Assembly (NCBI GenBank): GCA_950097015.1
Contig: CATNEN010000039.1
Span: forward strand, 14,632,001 to 14,696,000
Source: Macrostomum hystrix
Taxonomy: Eukaryota; Animalia; Platyhelminthes
Length of the DNA: 64,000 nucleotides
Direction: 5' to 3'
Under the pieces are notes generated by a model. The model worked only from the letters and a program-made list of their open reading frames with translations, was not told the origin of the DNA and searched no databases. The position numbers and the translations under genes were made by a program. Each line of letters starts with the position of its first letter. Within the stretch, counting starts at the first letter, position 1. Shown piece after piece: positions 1 through 14,507 of this stretch.

Positions 1-26
1 CCTTCTCTCAATCAAAGACCCTGTTA

Positions 27-790
27 TTGGCCAAACCACAAGACTTGATCTCAGCCAGGCCCTTTGATTGGCCAGCCCACAACCCGTTCTCTTACCACAG
101 GCCCTGTGATTGGCCAGCCCACAACACGTTCTCTTACCACAGGCCCAGTGATTGGCCAGCCCACAGGCCACAACCCGTTCTCTTAACATTGGCCAGCCCA
201 CAACCTGTTCTCTTAACACAGGCCCTGTGATTGGCCAGCCCACAACACGTTCTCTTACCACAGGCCCAGTGATTGGCCAGCCCACAGGCCACAACCCGTT
301 CTCTTAACATTGGCCAGCCCACAACCTGTTCTCTTACCACAGGCCCTGTGATTGGCCAGCCCACAACCTGTTCTCTTAACACAGGCCCTGTGATTGGCCA
401 GCCCACAACCTGTTCTCTTAACACAGGCCCTGTGATTGGCCAGCCCACAACCTGTTCTCTTAACACAGGCCCTGTGATTGGCCAGCCCACAACACGTTCT
501 CTTACCACAGGCCCAGTGATTGGCCAGCCCACAGGCCACAACCCGTTCTCTTAACATTGGCCAGCCCACAACCTGTTCTCTTACCACAGGCCCTGTGATT
601 GGCCAGCCCACAACCTGTTCTCTTAACACAGGCCCTGTGATTGGCCAGCCCACAACCTGTTCTCTTAACACAGGCCCTGTGATTGGCCAGCCCACAACCT
701 GTTCTCTTACCACAAGCCCTGTGATTGGCCAGCCCACAACCTGTTCTCTTAACACAGGCCCTGTGATTGGCCAGCCCACAACCTGTTCTC
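27..790. repeat. Intronic minisatellite, 42-bp unit GTGATTGGCCAGCCCACAACCTGTTCTCTTAACACAGGCCCT
   Basis: Tandem units seen directly, with a 247-bp higher-order duplication (ORF starts 273 and 520 identical). The array ends about 20 nt before the acceptor at 811. Confidence 0.95.
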
Positions 791-811
791 TCACCCCTCC
801 TTGGTCTTCAG

Positions 812-2602
812 ATCGCCAAGATGCGCATCGGAGACCCGCTAGACCGGGCCACGGACCACGGTCCGCAGAACCACAGGGCCCACCTGGACAAGCTGCTCGA
901 GTACTGCCAGCGCGGAGTGGCCGAAGGCGCCCGACTTGTCTGCGGAGGTCGCCGAGTCCCTGATAAGCGCGGCTTCTTCATGGAGCCGACGCTATTCACC
1001 GGTGTGCAGGACCACATGCACATTGCCCTTGAGGAGAGCTTCGGCCCAGTCATGATCGTGTCCGACTTTCCCGATGGCGATCTTGACGGCGTCCTCAGCC
1101 GGGCCAACGCCACCGAGTACGGCCTGGCCTCCGGTGTGTTCACCCGCGACATCACCAAGGCGATGCGGGTCTCCGAGCGCATCCACGCTGGCACGGTGTT
1201 TGTCAACACTTACAACAAGACGGACGTGGCTGCTCCATTTGGCGGCTTCAAACAGTCCGGCTTTGGCAAAGATCTCGGTCAGTCATCCTTCAACTGAACT
1301 GGTTGAATGAGTTGAATAATTTCAGTTTGCTTCATTGTCTTATCAGATTGTCTGCAGGTCATTCGTGTCTTCCCTAATAGCTCGTAATAAGCTATTGCGC
1401 GGCGCATCTGAAGGCTAAGATGTTCAGTATGGAATGTTCGGCTGTTCAGTCCATGGACTGTAGGGACGCCGCAAACACACATGTTGTTTCGTCACAGTGA
1501 GAGGTCATTTGTTGTATCGTCATCGTGAGAGGTCTTTTGTTGTATCGTCATCGTGAGAGGTCTTTTTTGTATCGTCATCGTGAGAGGTCTTTTGTTGAAT
1601 CGTCATCGTGACAGGTCTTTTGTTGAATCGTCATCGTGACAGGTCTTTTGTTGAATCGTCATCGTGAGAGGTCTTTTGTTGAATCGTCATCGTGAGAGGT
1701 CTTTTGTTGAATCGTCATCGTGACAGGTCTTTTGTTGAATCGTCATCGTGAGAGGTCTTTTGTTGAATCGTCATCGTGAGAGGTCTTTTGTTGTATCGTC
1801 ATCGTGACAGGTCTTTTGTTGAATCGTCATCGTGACAGGTCTTTTGTTGTATCGTCATCGTGAGAGGTCTTTTGTTGAATCGTCATCGTGAGAGGTCTTT
1901 TGTTGAATCGTCATCGTGACAGGTCTTTTGTTGAATCGTCATCGTGAGAGGTCTTTTGTTGAATCGTCATCGTGAGAGGTCTTTTGTTGTATCGTCATCG
2001 TGACAGGTCTTTTGTTGAATCGTCATCGTGACAGGTCTTTTGTTGTATCGTCATCGTGAGAGGTCTTTTGTTGAATCGTCATCGTGAGAGGTCTTTTGTT
2101 GAATCGTCATCGTGAGAGGTCTTTTGTTGAATCGTCATCGTGAGAGGTCTTTTGTTGTATCGTCATCGTGACAGGTCTTTTGTTGAATCGTCATCGTGAC
2201 AGGTCTTTTGTTGTATCGTCATCGTGACAGGTCTTTTGTTGAATCGTCATCGTGACAGGTCTTTTGTTGAATCGTCATCGTGAGAGGTCTTTTGTTGAAT
2301 CGTCATCGTGAGAGGTCTTTTGTTGTATCGTCATCGTGACAGGTCTTTTGTTGAATCGTCATCGTGACAGGTCTTTTGTTGTATCGTCATCGTGAGGGGT
2401 CTTTTGTTGAATCGTTAGTTGAAAGTTAAGGGAGAGGTCATTTGGCATGATGTAATATTTTCTTGGGATAATTTTGGTTCCCGGTTAATTTCCTGTTTGA
2501 ATATTTTTGCGAAATGTCTCCTCTGTTCTTCAAATTATATTTTCAGGCGAGGAGGCTCTGAACGAGTACCTGAAGACTAAGACTGTCACCATTGAGTTCT
2601 AG
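812..2602 (+). CDS. ALDH1L: 10-formyltetrahydrofolate dehydrogenase (ALDH1L family), last two coding exons: 812-1277 and 2547-2602
   Basis: Acceptor ttcag|ATC at 812. Exon encodes [16 protein letters not shown]...EESFGPVM...YGLASGVFT...[24 protein letters not shown]. Donor G|gtcagt at 1277 and acceptor tttcag|GC at 2547 give [18 protein letters not shown], the characteristic ALDH1L C-terminus. ATTAAA at 2770-2775. The 5' exons are outside the window. Confidence 0.93.
1385..1480 (-). mobile_element. SINE family 2, 3' fragment
   Basis: Reverse complement of CAGTCCATGGACTG...CTTCAGATGCGCCGCGCAATAGC, shared with the full copy at 31079-31400. Confidence 0.7.
1490..2415. repeat. Intronic minisatellite, 28-bp unit GTCATCGTGA(G/C)AGGTCTTTTGTTG(A/T)ATC
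   Basis: About 33 tandem copies in the last ALDH1L intron. Confidence 0.95.
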
Positions 2603-2924
2603 TGCCAAGGAATTGGCCGTCAATTCTTACTGTTTCGTTTCGCCAACCATGCTTCACTTTGCAATGCCAGTTTAATACAAGCTTAAGGTTTTTTTGTAAC
2701 TTTGGATCAAGTGTTTCACATTGATCATATGAGTCATTCATTTGATTGTCGTTTGTCACCAAGTGTGTCATTAAAACTAGTGTCACTTGCTGGTTTATGG
2801 CGCCATTTACTTGTCAGTCAGGACTCTTGGTAGATAAAAGCCTCGTTTCTGAAGAATGATATTCTTTTTCTATGGAATAATGTCATTTATTGCTAAATGG
2901 ACTGTCACCGATGTAATTTTTTAT

Positions 2925-5400
2925 AGAATGATGTCATGATGTCATTTATTGCTGAAGGATGTCATTTATTGCTGAATGATGTCATTTATTGCTGAATGAT
3001 GTCATTTATTGCTGAATGATGTCATTTATTGCTGAATGATGTCATTTATTGCTGAATGATGTCATTTATTGCTGAATGATGTCATTTATTGCTGAATGAT
3101 GTCATTTATTGCTGAATGATGTCATTTATTGCTGAATGATGTCATTTATTGCTGAATGATGTCATTTATTGCTGAATGATGTCATTTATTGCTGAATGAT
3201 GTCATTTATTGCTAAATGGACTGTCACCGATGTAATTTTTTATAGAATGATGTCATGATGTCATTAATTGCTGAATGATGTCATTAATTGCTGAGTGATG
3301 TCATTTGTTGCTCAATGATGCCATTTATTGCTGAATGATGTCATTTATTGCTGAGTGATGTCATTTATTGCTAAATGGACTGTCACCGGTGTCATTTTTT
3401 ATAGAAAGATGTCATGATGTCATTTATTGCTGAATGATGTCATTTATTGCTGAGTGATGTCATTTATTGCTCAATGATGCCATTTAGTGCTGAATGATGT
3501 CATTTATTGCTGAGTGATGTCATTTATTGCTGAGTGATGTCATTAATTGCTGAGTGATGTCATTTGTTGCTCAATGATGCCATTTATTGCTGAATGATGT
3601 CATTTATTGCTGAATGGTGTCATTTATTGCTAAATGGACGGTCACCGGTGTCATTTTTTATAGAATGATGTCATGATGTCATTTATTGCTGAATGGTGTC
3701 TTTTCTAAAGAATGATGACATTTTCTAGAGAATGATGTCATTAATTGCTGAATGATGTCATTTGTTGCTGAATGATGTCATTTGTTGCTGAATGATGTCA
3801 TTTATTGCTGAGTGATGTCATTTGTTGCTGAATGATGTCATTTATTGCTGAGTGATGTCATTTATTGCTGAGTGATGTCATTTATTGCTAAATGGACTGT
3901 CACCGATGTAATTTTTTATAGAATGATGTCATGATGTCATTAATTGCTGAATGATGTCATTAATTGCTGAGTGATGTCATTTGTTGCTCAATGATGCCAT
4001 TTATTGCTGAATGATGTCATTTATTGCTGAGTGATGTCATTTATTGCTAAATGGACTGTCACCGGTGTCATTTTTCATAGAATGATGTCATGATGTCATT
4101 TATTGCTGAATGGTGTCATTTATTGCTAAATGGACTGTCGACGGTGTCATTTTTCATAGAATGATGTCATGATGTCATTTATTGCTGAATGGTGTCATTT
4201 ATTGCTAAATGGACTGTCACCGGTGTCATTTTTCATAGAATGATGTCATGATGTCATTTATTGCTGAATGGTGTCTTTTCTAAAGAATGATGACATTTTC
4301 TAGAGAATGGTGACATTTTCTAGAGAATGATGTCATTAATTGCTGAATGATGTCATTTGTTGCTGAATGATGTCATTTGTTGCTGAATGATGTCATTTAT
4401 TGCTGAGTGATGTCATTTGTTGCTGAATGATGTCATTTATTGCTGAGTGATGTCATTTATTGCTAAATGATGTCATTTATTGCTGAATGATGTCATTTGT
4501 TGCTGAGTGATGTCATTTATTGCTAAATGATGTCATTTATTGCTGAATGATGTCATTTGTTGCTGAGTGATGTCATTTGTTGCTGAGTGATGTCATTTAT
4601 TGCTGAATGATGTCATTTATTGCTGAATGATGTCATTTGTTGCTGAGTGATGTCATTTGTTGCTGAGTGATGTCATTTATTGCTGAATGATGTCATTTAT
4701 TGCTGAATGATGTCATTTATTGCTGAGTGATGTTATTAATTGCTAAATGATGTCATTTATTGCTGAATGATGTCATTTATTGCTGAATGATGTCATTAAT
4801 TGCTGAGTGATGTCATTTATTGCTGAGTGATGTTATTAATTGCTGAATGATGTCATTAGTTGCTGAATGATGTCATTTGTTGCTGAGTGATGTCATTTAT
4901 TGCTGAATGATGTCATTTATTGCTGAATGATGTCATTTATTGCTGAATGATGTCATTTATTGCTGAGTGATGTCATTTATTGCTGAATGATGTCATTTAT
5001 TGCTGAATGATGTCATTAATTGCTGAGTGATGTCATTTATTGCTGAATGATGTCATTAGTTGCTGAATGATGTCATTTGTTGCTGAGTGATGTCATTTAT
5101 TGCTGAATGATGTCATTTATTGCTGAATGATGTCATTAATTGCTGATTGATGTCATTTATTGCTGAGTGATGTCATTAATTGCTGAGTGTTTTCATTTGT
5201 TGCTGAGTGATGACATTAATTGCTGAATGATGTCATTTATTGCTGAATGATGTCATTTATTGCTGAATGATGTCATTAATTGCTGAGTGATGTCATTTAT
5301 TGCTGAGTGATGTCATTTTTTGCTGAGTGATGTCATTTATTGCTGAGTGATGTCATTTATTGCTGAATGATGTCATTTATTGCTGAGTGATGTCATTTTT
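2925..5400. repeat. Minisatellite, 20-bp unit GATGTCATTTATTGCTGA(A/G)T with interspersed longer variant blocks
   Basis: More than 100 tandem copies, with a recurrent GGACTGTCACCG..TAGAATGATGTCAT variant block. Confidence 0.95.
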
Positions 5401-6007
5401 ATCCAATCGTGTATTTTCGTTTGTCATAAAAACATGTCATTTTTCACTATAATGAAAATCATGTCCTATGTAATGGGTTCACCTCGTAGATAATAATGTA
5501 ATTTTGAAAGGCAATTTGGTCATTTTCCTATTGTCATTTCTGATACCCTCCAATTTAAGTGCTGGTGTAATTTCCGGTGGCACAAAACTTGTTTAAATAC
5601 CGCTTAAAACTTTATGCACTTGTTAATGTGAAAAAATCTACGTTATTTAGTTTATCAATTTTTCCGTCATCATGATTAGTTCACATTTTTGTTGGGTAAC
5701 TAGGATCTGACTATGTAAAGCACCAATTCTTCCAATACAACTTGATTAGGTCATTCAGTGCTCAGAATTATTTATAATTCACTAATTTAATTAGCGCCTT
5801 TGGTTACATTACATTCGTGCTAGTTTTTTTCATGTTTTACCTAAATTTTTTGTTACACTGTTCGTTTTCTTTACATAAAAAACTAATATTAACAGGAGTA
5901 CATTGTTCTAAACGATCGTGCCTATTGATCTCATTTCGTTTCATAGTTCCACGAAGATGTAATACTCGATCTACATGATATTTAGCAATTCTTTGTTTTG
6001 ATATGAA

Positions 6008-9000
6008 GTGGGTAATGACCTCTACACACTGATGAACTGCAGTATAGATAATGACCTGTACACACTGATGAACTGCAGTATAGATAATGACCTGTACACA
6101 CTGATGAACTGCAGTATAGATAATGACCTGTACACACTGATGAACTGCAGTATAGATAATGACCTGTACACACTGATGAACTGCAGTATAGATAATGACC
6201 TGTACACACTGATGAACTGCAGTATGGATAATGACCTGTACACACTGATGAACTGCAGTATAGATAATGACCTGTACACACTGATGAACTGCAGTATAGA
6301 TAATGACCTGTACACACTGATGAACTGCAGTATGGATAATGACCTGTACACACTGATGAACTGCAGTATAGATAATGACCTCTACACACTGATGAACTGC
6401 AGTATGGATAATGACCTGTACACACTGATGAACTGCAGTATGGATAATGACCTGTACACACTGATGAACTGCAGTATGGATAATGACCTGTACACACTGA
6501 TGAACTGCAGTATAGATAATGACCTGTACACACTGATGAACTGCAGTATAGATAATGACCTGTACACACTGATGAACTGCAGTATAGATAATGACCTGTA
6601 CACACTGATGAACTGCAGTATGGATAATGACCTGTACACACTGATGAACTGCAGTATGGATAATGACCTGTACACACTGATGAACTGCAGTATGGATAAT
6701 GACCTGTACACACTGATGAACTGCAGTATGGATAATGACCTCTACACACTGATGAACTGCAGTATGGATAATGACCTGTACACACTGATGAACTGCAGTA
6801 TGGATAATGACCTCTACACACTGATGAACTGCAGTATGGATAATGACCTGTACACACTGATGAACTGCAGTATAGATAATGACCTGTACACACTGATGAA
6901 CTGCAGTATGGATAATGACCTGTACACACTGATGAACTGCAGTATGGATAATGACCTGTACACACTGATGCACTGCAGTATGGGTAATGACCTGTACACA
7001 CTGATGAACTGCAGTATGGATAATGACCTCTACACACTGATGAACTGCAGTATAGATAATGACCTGTACACACTGATGAACTGCAGTATAGATAATGACC
7101 TGTACACACTGATGAACTGCAGTATGGATAATGACCTGTACACACTGATGAACTGCAGTATAGATAATGACCTGTACACACTGATGAACTGCAGTATAGA
7201 TAATGGCCTGTACACACTGATGAACTGCAGTATGGATAATGACCTGTACACACTGATGAACTGCAGTATGGATAATGACCTGTACACACTGATGAACTGC
7301 AGTATGGATAATGACCTGTACACACTGATGAACTGCAGTATGGATAATGACCTGTACACACTGATGAACTGCAGTATGGATAATGACCTGTACACACTGA
7401 TGAACTGCAGTATAGATAATGACCTGTACACACTGATGAACTGCAGTATAGATAATGGCCTGTACACACTGATGAACTGCAGTATGGATAATGACCTGTA
7501 CACACTGATGAACTGCAGTATGGATAATGACCTCTACACACTGATGAACTGCAGTATAGATAATGACCTGTACACACTGATGAACTGCAGTATAGATAAT
7601 GACCTGTACACACTGATGAACTGCAGTATGGATTAATGACCTGTACACACTGATGAACTGCAGTATGGATAATGACCTGTACACACTGATGAACTGCAGT
7701 ATGGATAATGACCTGTACACACTGATGCACTGCAGTATGGATAATGACCTCTACACACTGATGAACTGCAGTATAGATAATGACCTGTACACACTGATGA
7801 ACTGCAGTATAGATAATGGCCTGTACACACTGATGAACTGCAGTATGGATAATGACCTGTACACACTGATGAACTGCAGTATGGATAATGACCTGTACAC
7901 ACTGATGAACTGCAGTATGGATAATGACCTGTACACACTGATGCACTGCAGTATGGGTAATGACCTGTACACACTGATGAACTGCAGTATGGATAATGAC
8001 CTCTACACACTGATGAACTGCAGTATAGATAATGACCTGTACACACTGATGAACTGCAGTATAGATAATGACCTGTACACACTGATGAACTGCAGTATAG
8101 ATAATGGCCTGTACACACTGATGAACTGCAGTATGGATAATGACCTGTACACACTGATGCACTGCAGTATAGATAATGACCTGTACACACTGATGAACTG
8201 CAGTATGGATAATGACCTGTACACACTGATGAACTGCAGTATAGATAATGACCTGTACACACTGATGAACTGCAGTATAGATAATGACCTGTACACACTG
8301 ATGAACTGCAGTATAGATAATGACCTGTACACACTGATGAACTGCAGTATAGATAATGGCCTGTACACACTGATGCACTGCAGTATAGATAATGACCTGT
8401 ACACACTGATGAACTGCAGTATAGATAATGACCTGTACACACTGATGAACTGCAGTATGGATAATGACCTGTACACACTGATGAACTGCAGTATAGATAA
8501 TGACCTGTACACACTGATGCACTGCAGTATAGATAATGACCTGTACACACTGATGAACTGCAGTATGGATAATGACCTGTACACACTGATGCACTGCAGT
8601 ATAGATAATGACCTGTACACACTGATGAACTGCAGTATAGATAATGACCTGTACACACTGATGAACTGCAGTATAGATAATGACCTGTACACACTGATGA
8701 ACTGCAGTATGGATAATGACCTGTACACACTGATGAACTGCAGTATAGATAATGGCCTGTACACACTGATGAACTGCAGTATAGATAATGACCTGTACAC
8801 ACTGATGAACTGCAGTATAGATAATGACCTGTACACACTGATGAACTGCAGTATAGATAATGGCCTGTACACACTGATGAACTGCAGTATAGATAATGAC
8901 CTGTACACACTGATGAACTGCAGTATGGATAATGACCTGTACACACTGATGAACTGCAGAATGGATAATGACCTGTACACACTGATGAACTGCAGTATGG

Positions 9001-9598
9001 ATAATGACCTGTACACACTGATGAACTGCAGTATGGATAATGACCTGTACACACTGATGAACTGCAGTATAGATAATGACCTGTACACACTGATGAACTG
9101 CAGTATGGATAATTACCTGTACACACTGATGCACTGCAGTATGGATAATGACCTGTACACACTGATGCACTGCAGTATGGATAATGACCTGTACACACTG
9201 ATGAACTGCAGTATGGATAATGACCTGTACACACTGATGAACTGCAGTATGGATAATGACCTGTACACACTGATGAACTGCAGTATAGATAATGACCTGT
9301 ACACACTGATGAACTGCAGTATAGATAATGACCTGTACACACTGATGCACTGCAGTATAGATAATGACCTGTACACACTGATGCACTGCAGTATAGATAA
9401 TGACCTGTACACACTGATGAACTGCAGTATAGATAATGACCTGTACACACTGATGAACTGCAGTATGGATAATGACCTGTACACACTGATGAACTGCAGT
9501 ATAGATAATGACCTGTACACACTGATGAACTGCGGTGTGGATAATTACCTGTACACACTGATGAACTGCAGTATGGATAATTACCTGTACACACTGCT
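6008..9598. repeat. Minisatellite, 36-bp unit GATAATGACCTGTACACACTGATGAACTGCAGTAT(A/G)
   Basis: About 100 near-identical copies, with one 1-nt insertion near 7634. It generates the long artefactual ORFs on both strands. Confidence 0.97.
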
Positions 9599-10127
9599 GG
9601 AATTCTGTGGTTAATGGAAAAAATGTTACTTTATCACTCTGGCCTACTCGCAGTAGATAAGCGCGCTCGTGAAGTCTACAATGAACCGAATAGTCATTTA
9701 TCAAGATCTCAACGTCCAAGAAGCATACGCATTACCTGGTAAAATAGAATGCCTGTCTGTTTGCTGGTCATGAGATTGTAACACCTGATATTAGTTTGTT
9801 TGGCCTACCTTAAGGCGTTACACAGACAACCATTTATAGCTGATAAAGCTTTTGACACCTGGGTCTTGCTTTTCTTCATTCGTAATCGCGTCACGTGTCT
9901 CTAAACTGACTGCTTCGGTGTGTCCAAAGCCTTAGCTTGGACAACAGGTCAGTCGGAGCTGTTCAAGCAAGTATTTTAACTTTGAAACACGGCATGTTTG
10001 TGTGGGCGTGCAATATAGCTCGTATACCCCCTGTGTGACGACCTAGACCTTTGTGTCAGTACTCGTAGTTTGTGGTCTGTTGGAGTCAAAAAGTTTGTTT
10101 GCAGTTCTTCATCGCTTCATCACTCTC

Positions 10128-10650
10128 GCTTCATCTGATTCCCTCCCTCTGCTTCCTTCATCTCCTTCCCTCCCTCTGCTTCCTTCATCTCCTTCCCTCC
10201 CTCTGCTTCCTTCATCTCCTTCCCTCCCTCTGCTTCCTTCATCTCATTCCCTCCCTCTGCTTCCTTCATCTCCTTCCCTCCCTCTGCTTCCTTCGTCTCC
10301 TTCCCTCCCTCTGCTTCCTTCATCTCCTTCCCTCCCTCTGCTTCCTTCATCTCCTTCCCTCCCTCTGCTTCCTTCATCTCCTTCCCTCCCTCTGCTTCCT
10401 TCATCTCCTTCCCTCCCTCTGCTTCCTTCATCTCCTTCCCTCCCTCTGCTTCCTTCATCTCCTTCCCTCCCTCTGCTTCCTTCATCTCCTTCCCTCCCTC
10501 TGCTTCCTTCATCTCATTCCCTCCCTCTGCTTCCTTCATCTCCTTCCCTCCCTCTGCTTCCTTCGTCTCCTTCCCTCCCTCTGCTTCCTTCATCTCCTTC
10601 CCTCCCTCTGCTTCCTTCGTCTCCTTCCCTCCCTCTGCTTCCTTCATCTT
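10128..10650. repeat. Pyrimidine-rich minisatellite, 27-bp unit TCATCTCCTTCCCTCCCTCTGCTTCCT
   Basis: About 19 tandem copies. Confidence 0.95.
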
Positions 10651-11224
10651 CCTTTCTTCCATTCCTCTTCTCCATTTTTAAGTACTTATCCCAGGTTAGA
10701 ATTCCTGTTTTCTCTACCTGCTTGCAATTGCGTATTTGGGTAGAGAATCAATTTTCACTAAACACTCTGTCGCACACTAAATAAATTCCGGAAAATTATG
10801 TTGCGTCACAGCAGTGCTCGTAACAAATACGAGCTAAAAAGAGGGGCTTCAACGAAAGCACGAGCGTATTAAGAAAAAGCAATGTCTGCTCCCGTGACAG
10901 ATGCATAATTAGATACTTCGATTTTCATCTGAAAGCCTTCAATATCAATGCTGCAGCTGCTGCTGTTGCTGCTTGTTTTCCAGAATTTACACGTAGCAAC
11001 ACCCACGCAAAGCAAAGATTCTGACGAAAAAAATCTTTTTGACTTCTATTACAAATTCGCTCTGCGAGACGCAACACTTTCTTCAAATATTTAGACTTTT
11101 TCTCTCGAAGTAAAATTATAACTAGTAATTAATTCCACGACTTCGCTCAGTTCAAGCCCATTCTCTGCACTCTATGATCTAAATTCTGACTACTATAGTG
11201 CTAGAGCAGTGACTAAAGGAAAGT

Positions 11225-12150
11225 AGATGAAGGGAGACACGAAGGGATGAAAGGAGATTCGAAAGGATGAATATATACACGAAGGGATGAAAGGAGATTC
11301 GAAAGGATGAATATATACACGAAGGGATGAAAGGAGATTCGAAAGGATGAATATATACACGAAGGGATGAAAGGAGATTCGAAAGGATGAATATATACAC
11401 GAAGGGATGAAAGGAGATTCGAAAGGATGAATATATACACGAAGGGATGAAAGGAGTCACGAAGGGACGATGTGGGAGACGAGAAGGGATGAATAGAGAC
11501 ACGAAGGGATGAAGGGAGACACGAAGGGACGATGGGAGACACGAAGGGATGATGGGAGACACGAAGGGACGATGGGAGACACGAAGGGATGATCGGAGAC
11601 ACGAAGGGATGAATAGAGACACAAAGGGATGAAGGGAGACACGAAGGGACGATGGGAGACACGAAAGGATGAAAGGAGACACGAAGGGACGATGGGAGAC
11701 ACGAAAGAATGAATAGAGACACGAAGGGATGATGGGAGACACGAAGGGACGATGGGAGACACGAAGGGACGATGGGAGACACGAAGGGACGATGGGAGAC
11801 ACGAAGGGATGAAGGGAGACACGAAGGGACGATGGGAGACACGAAGGGATGATCGGAGACACGAAGGGACGATGGGAGACACGAAGGGATGAAAGGAAAC
11901 ACGAAGGGACGATGGGAGACACGAAGGGACGATGGGAGACACGAAGGGACGATGGGAGACACGAAGGTATGAAAGGAGACACGAATGGATGAAAGGAGAC
12001 ACGAAGGGACGATGGGAGCTACGAATGGATGAAAGGAGACACGAAGGGACGATGGGAGCTACGAATGGATGAAAGGAGACACGAAGGGACGATGGGAGCT
12101 ACGAATGGATGAAAGGAGACACGAAGGGACGATGTGGGAGACGAGAAGGA
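11225..12150. repeat. Purine-rich minisatellite, 20-bp base unit GAGACACGAAGGGACGATGG with 40-bp dimers at both ends
   Basis: Tandem copies seen directly. Confidence 0.93.
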
Positions 12151-12994
12151 GCAGAAGCAACCTTCTCATTTATTTCTCCCGGTCTAATGAACCGGAAAGA
12201 ACCTTAAAAAGAGCGTTTGCAGAAGCCGTTATTGAAACAGCTAGGCAACTATGAAAGCCGCATAATTAATTGGGACTAAAAACAGATCCACCTTGTTATC
12301 AGTCCAGGCCACTTAAAATCGGTGGGCAGGTGTCTGCTGGTAATTCACTTATCATTCGATAAGTCTCTGCTAGACTCTCGTTTTAGGATTTTTCTGCCGT
12401 CGTTTTGATGGTCCGGAAATGTAAAATAATATTTTAGTTTCATTTCGTATATACTAGCCTACAATGCCCCTTTCTTATAATCCTAATATTCAAATCGTTT
12501 TTGTACGTAAAGCTTAAGAATTTTTTTAAGTACCCGAAATTTCGCGACGCGAAGCTGAGTTTCTTCGAAACTGTCACTACGAGTCCAAGGTCCGAGCAGG
12601 TTTGTCTCCAAAACTATTACTTGTACTAGGATTAAGGACACGATTTTTTATAATCTATGTTATAATAATATTTCATATTTATTATGGTATCCATCTACCT
12701 GATTTACATCCATTCACATATGTTTCGGTCCGGAAATTATTTATCTACGAGCTAAATTTAATTGATATTGTTTGTCATTACCGTGCTGAAATTGCTAATT
12801 TAGTCAATTGCTTTCTTGCCTTAGGTAGATAAATTTAATTTGCAATCTGATTTGGGGAATGAATTAAGAAAACTGATCATTTAGGCGCGTCAGTCGGCCT
12901 CGAGATCGGAATCGCGCGGACAGGGGGGACTTTGCAATGCAATAGACAGGAAAAGTTACTTTTCAGCGGCTCGGGATGGCATGATAGGATAGAA

Positions 12995-13825
12995 TTGGAC
13001 AGGGCAGGATAGGACAGGACGGAATGGGGTAGGACTGGACATGACAGGACAGGACAGGACAAGACAGGACAGGCACAGGGTGGGATAACACAAAAGCGAG
13101 GACAGGACAGGGCAGGATAGGACAGGACGCAATGGGTTAGGACTGGACATGACAGGACAGGACAGGACAAGACAGGACAGGCACAGGGTGGGATAACACA
13201 AAAGCGAGGACAGGACAGGGCAGGATAGGACAGGACGGAATGGGGTAGGACTGGACATGACAGGACAGGACAGGACAAGACAGGACAGGCACAGGGTGGG
13301 ATAACACAAAAGCGAGGACAGGACAGGACAGGAGAGGCACAGGGTGGGATAACACAAAAAGAGGACAGGACAGGACAGGACAGGCAAAGTGTGGGATAAC
13401 ACAAAAGAGAGGACAGGACAGGACAGGACAGAGGACAGGACAGGACAGAGGACAGGACAGGACAGAGGACAGGACAGGACAGGACAGAGGAAAGGACAGG
13501 ACAGGACAGGACAGGACAGGACAGGCACAGGGTGGGATAACAAAAAATAGAGGACAGGACAGGCACAGGGTGGGATAACACAAAAGAGAGGACAGGACAG
13601 GACAGGACAGGACAGGACAGGACAGGACAGAGGACAGGACAGAGGACAGGACAGGACAGAGGACAGGACAGAGGACAGGACAGGACAGAGGACAGGACAG
13701 AGGACAGGACAGGACAGAGGACAGGACAGAGGACAGGACAGAGGACAGGACAGGACAGAGGACAGGACAGAGGACAGGACCGGACAGGACAAGCACAGGG
13801 TGGGAGAACACAAAAGAGAGGACAG
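12995..13825. repeat. (GGACA)n-based composite micro/minisatellite
   Basis: GGACA runs interrupted by GGCACAGGGTGGGATAACACAAAA blocks. Confidence 0.93.
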
Positions 13826-14507
13826 AACATGAGTTTCGCACAATAAGCAGTGCTTGAAGATAGCCAGTGCAGCTGTTCTGCAAGCAAACACGTCGCGGGT
13901 GCATGCAGATGACAACAAGAAGTGTCCTAAAATTAGGGCCGAATATTTGTTGAATATTTGATGGCTTCCTGAAGCGGAGGTGGTTTCGTGGCGTGGCATG
14001 CGCATTCAAACAGCGAATATGCAGCTACATGTAGCAAATCAAAGCAGCCGTTCGTGTCTGCATGTCCCAATGCCCTAATATTCTGAAACTCAAAAAGCCC
14101 CCCTTTCCCTATCTGTCTGCATTGAGAATCGGGCAAAGAATTCATGTGATTGTTAAAAGCAACAAAAAAACAAGTCCAATAAATTCTAACCCTCTTGCTG
14201 GCCTATTGCTTCCTTGGAAAACTGACCCCGAAATGGGGACATAAGCGAGACAGCAATAAGCAATGAGCCATGCAAGACTTTTAACATATGCAGACAGGCA
14301 GGAACAGGTCCACAGGAGAATGCGCTACTTCTCTTCTACGCCTTCTTCTGCACCGGGCCACAGGAAAACCGCATTGAAGAAAGGAACTGCCTCGGTTGTT
14401 CTCTAAATTGTTAGCGAATCATCTCCTATTTCGATCATGAACCAGCGAATACTGTGTGAATTTTCTTTCACTTCTTTTTGGCCAGAGTGTAAATGGCTTG
14501 GGCTGTT

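Noticed and set aside
6008-9598. CTGATGA in every unit suggesting tandem hammerhead ribozymes (retrozyme) or C/D boxes
   Set aside because: No GAAA core element after the short ACTGCAGT stem, no stem III/NUH arrangement, and no C/D terminal stem.
5837-9719. Very long ORFs (up to 1245 aa) with 12-residue Cys/His repeats, superficially like antifreeze or metal-binding proteins
   Set aside because: Several frames on both strands are open simply because the 36-bp unit lacks stops. Variants are non-synonymous in every frame, a 1-nt insertion shifts frames mid-array, and there is no signal peptide or splice framework.
10053-14009. Low-complexity ORFs (LPSSPS, KEAEGG, SCPVL etc.)
   Set aside because: Translations of minisatellites in several frames with no gene structure. 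The same applies to the ORFs at 20417-21145, 26561-28670, 29813-30295, 31731-32401 and 47682-49387.
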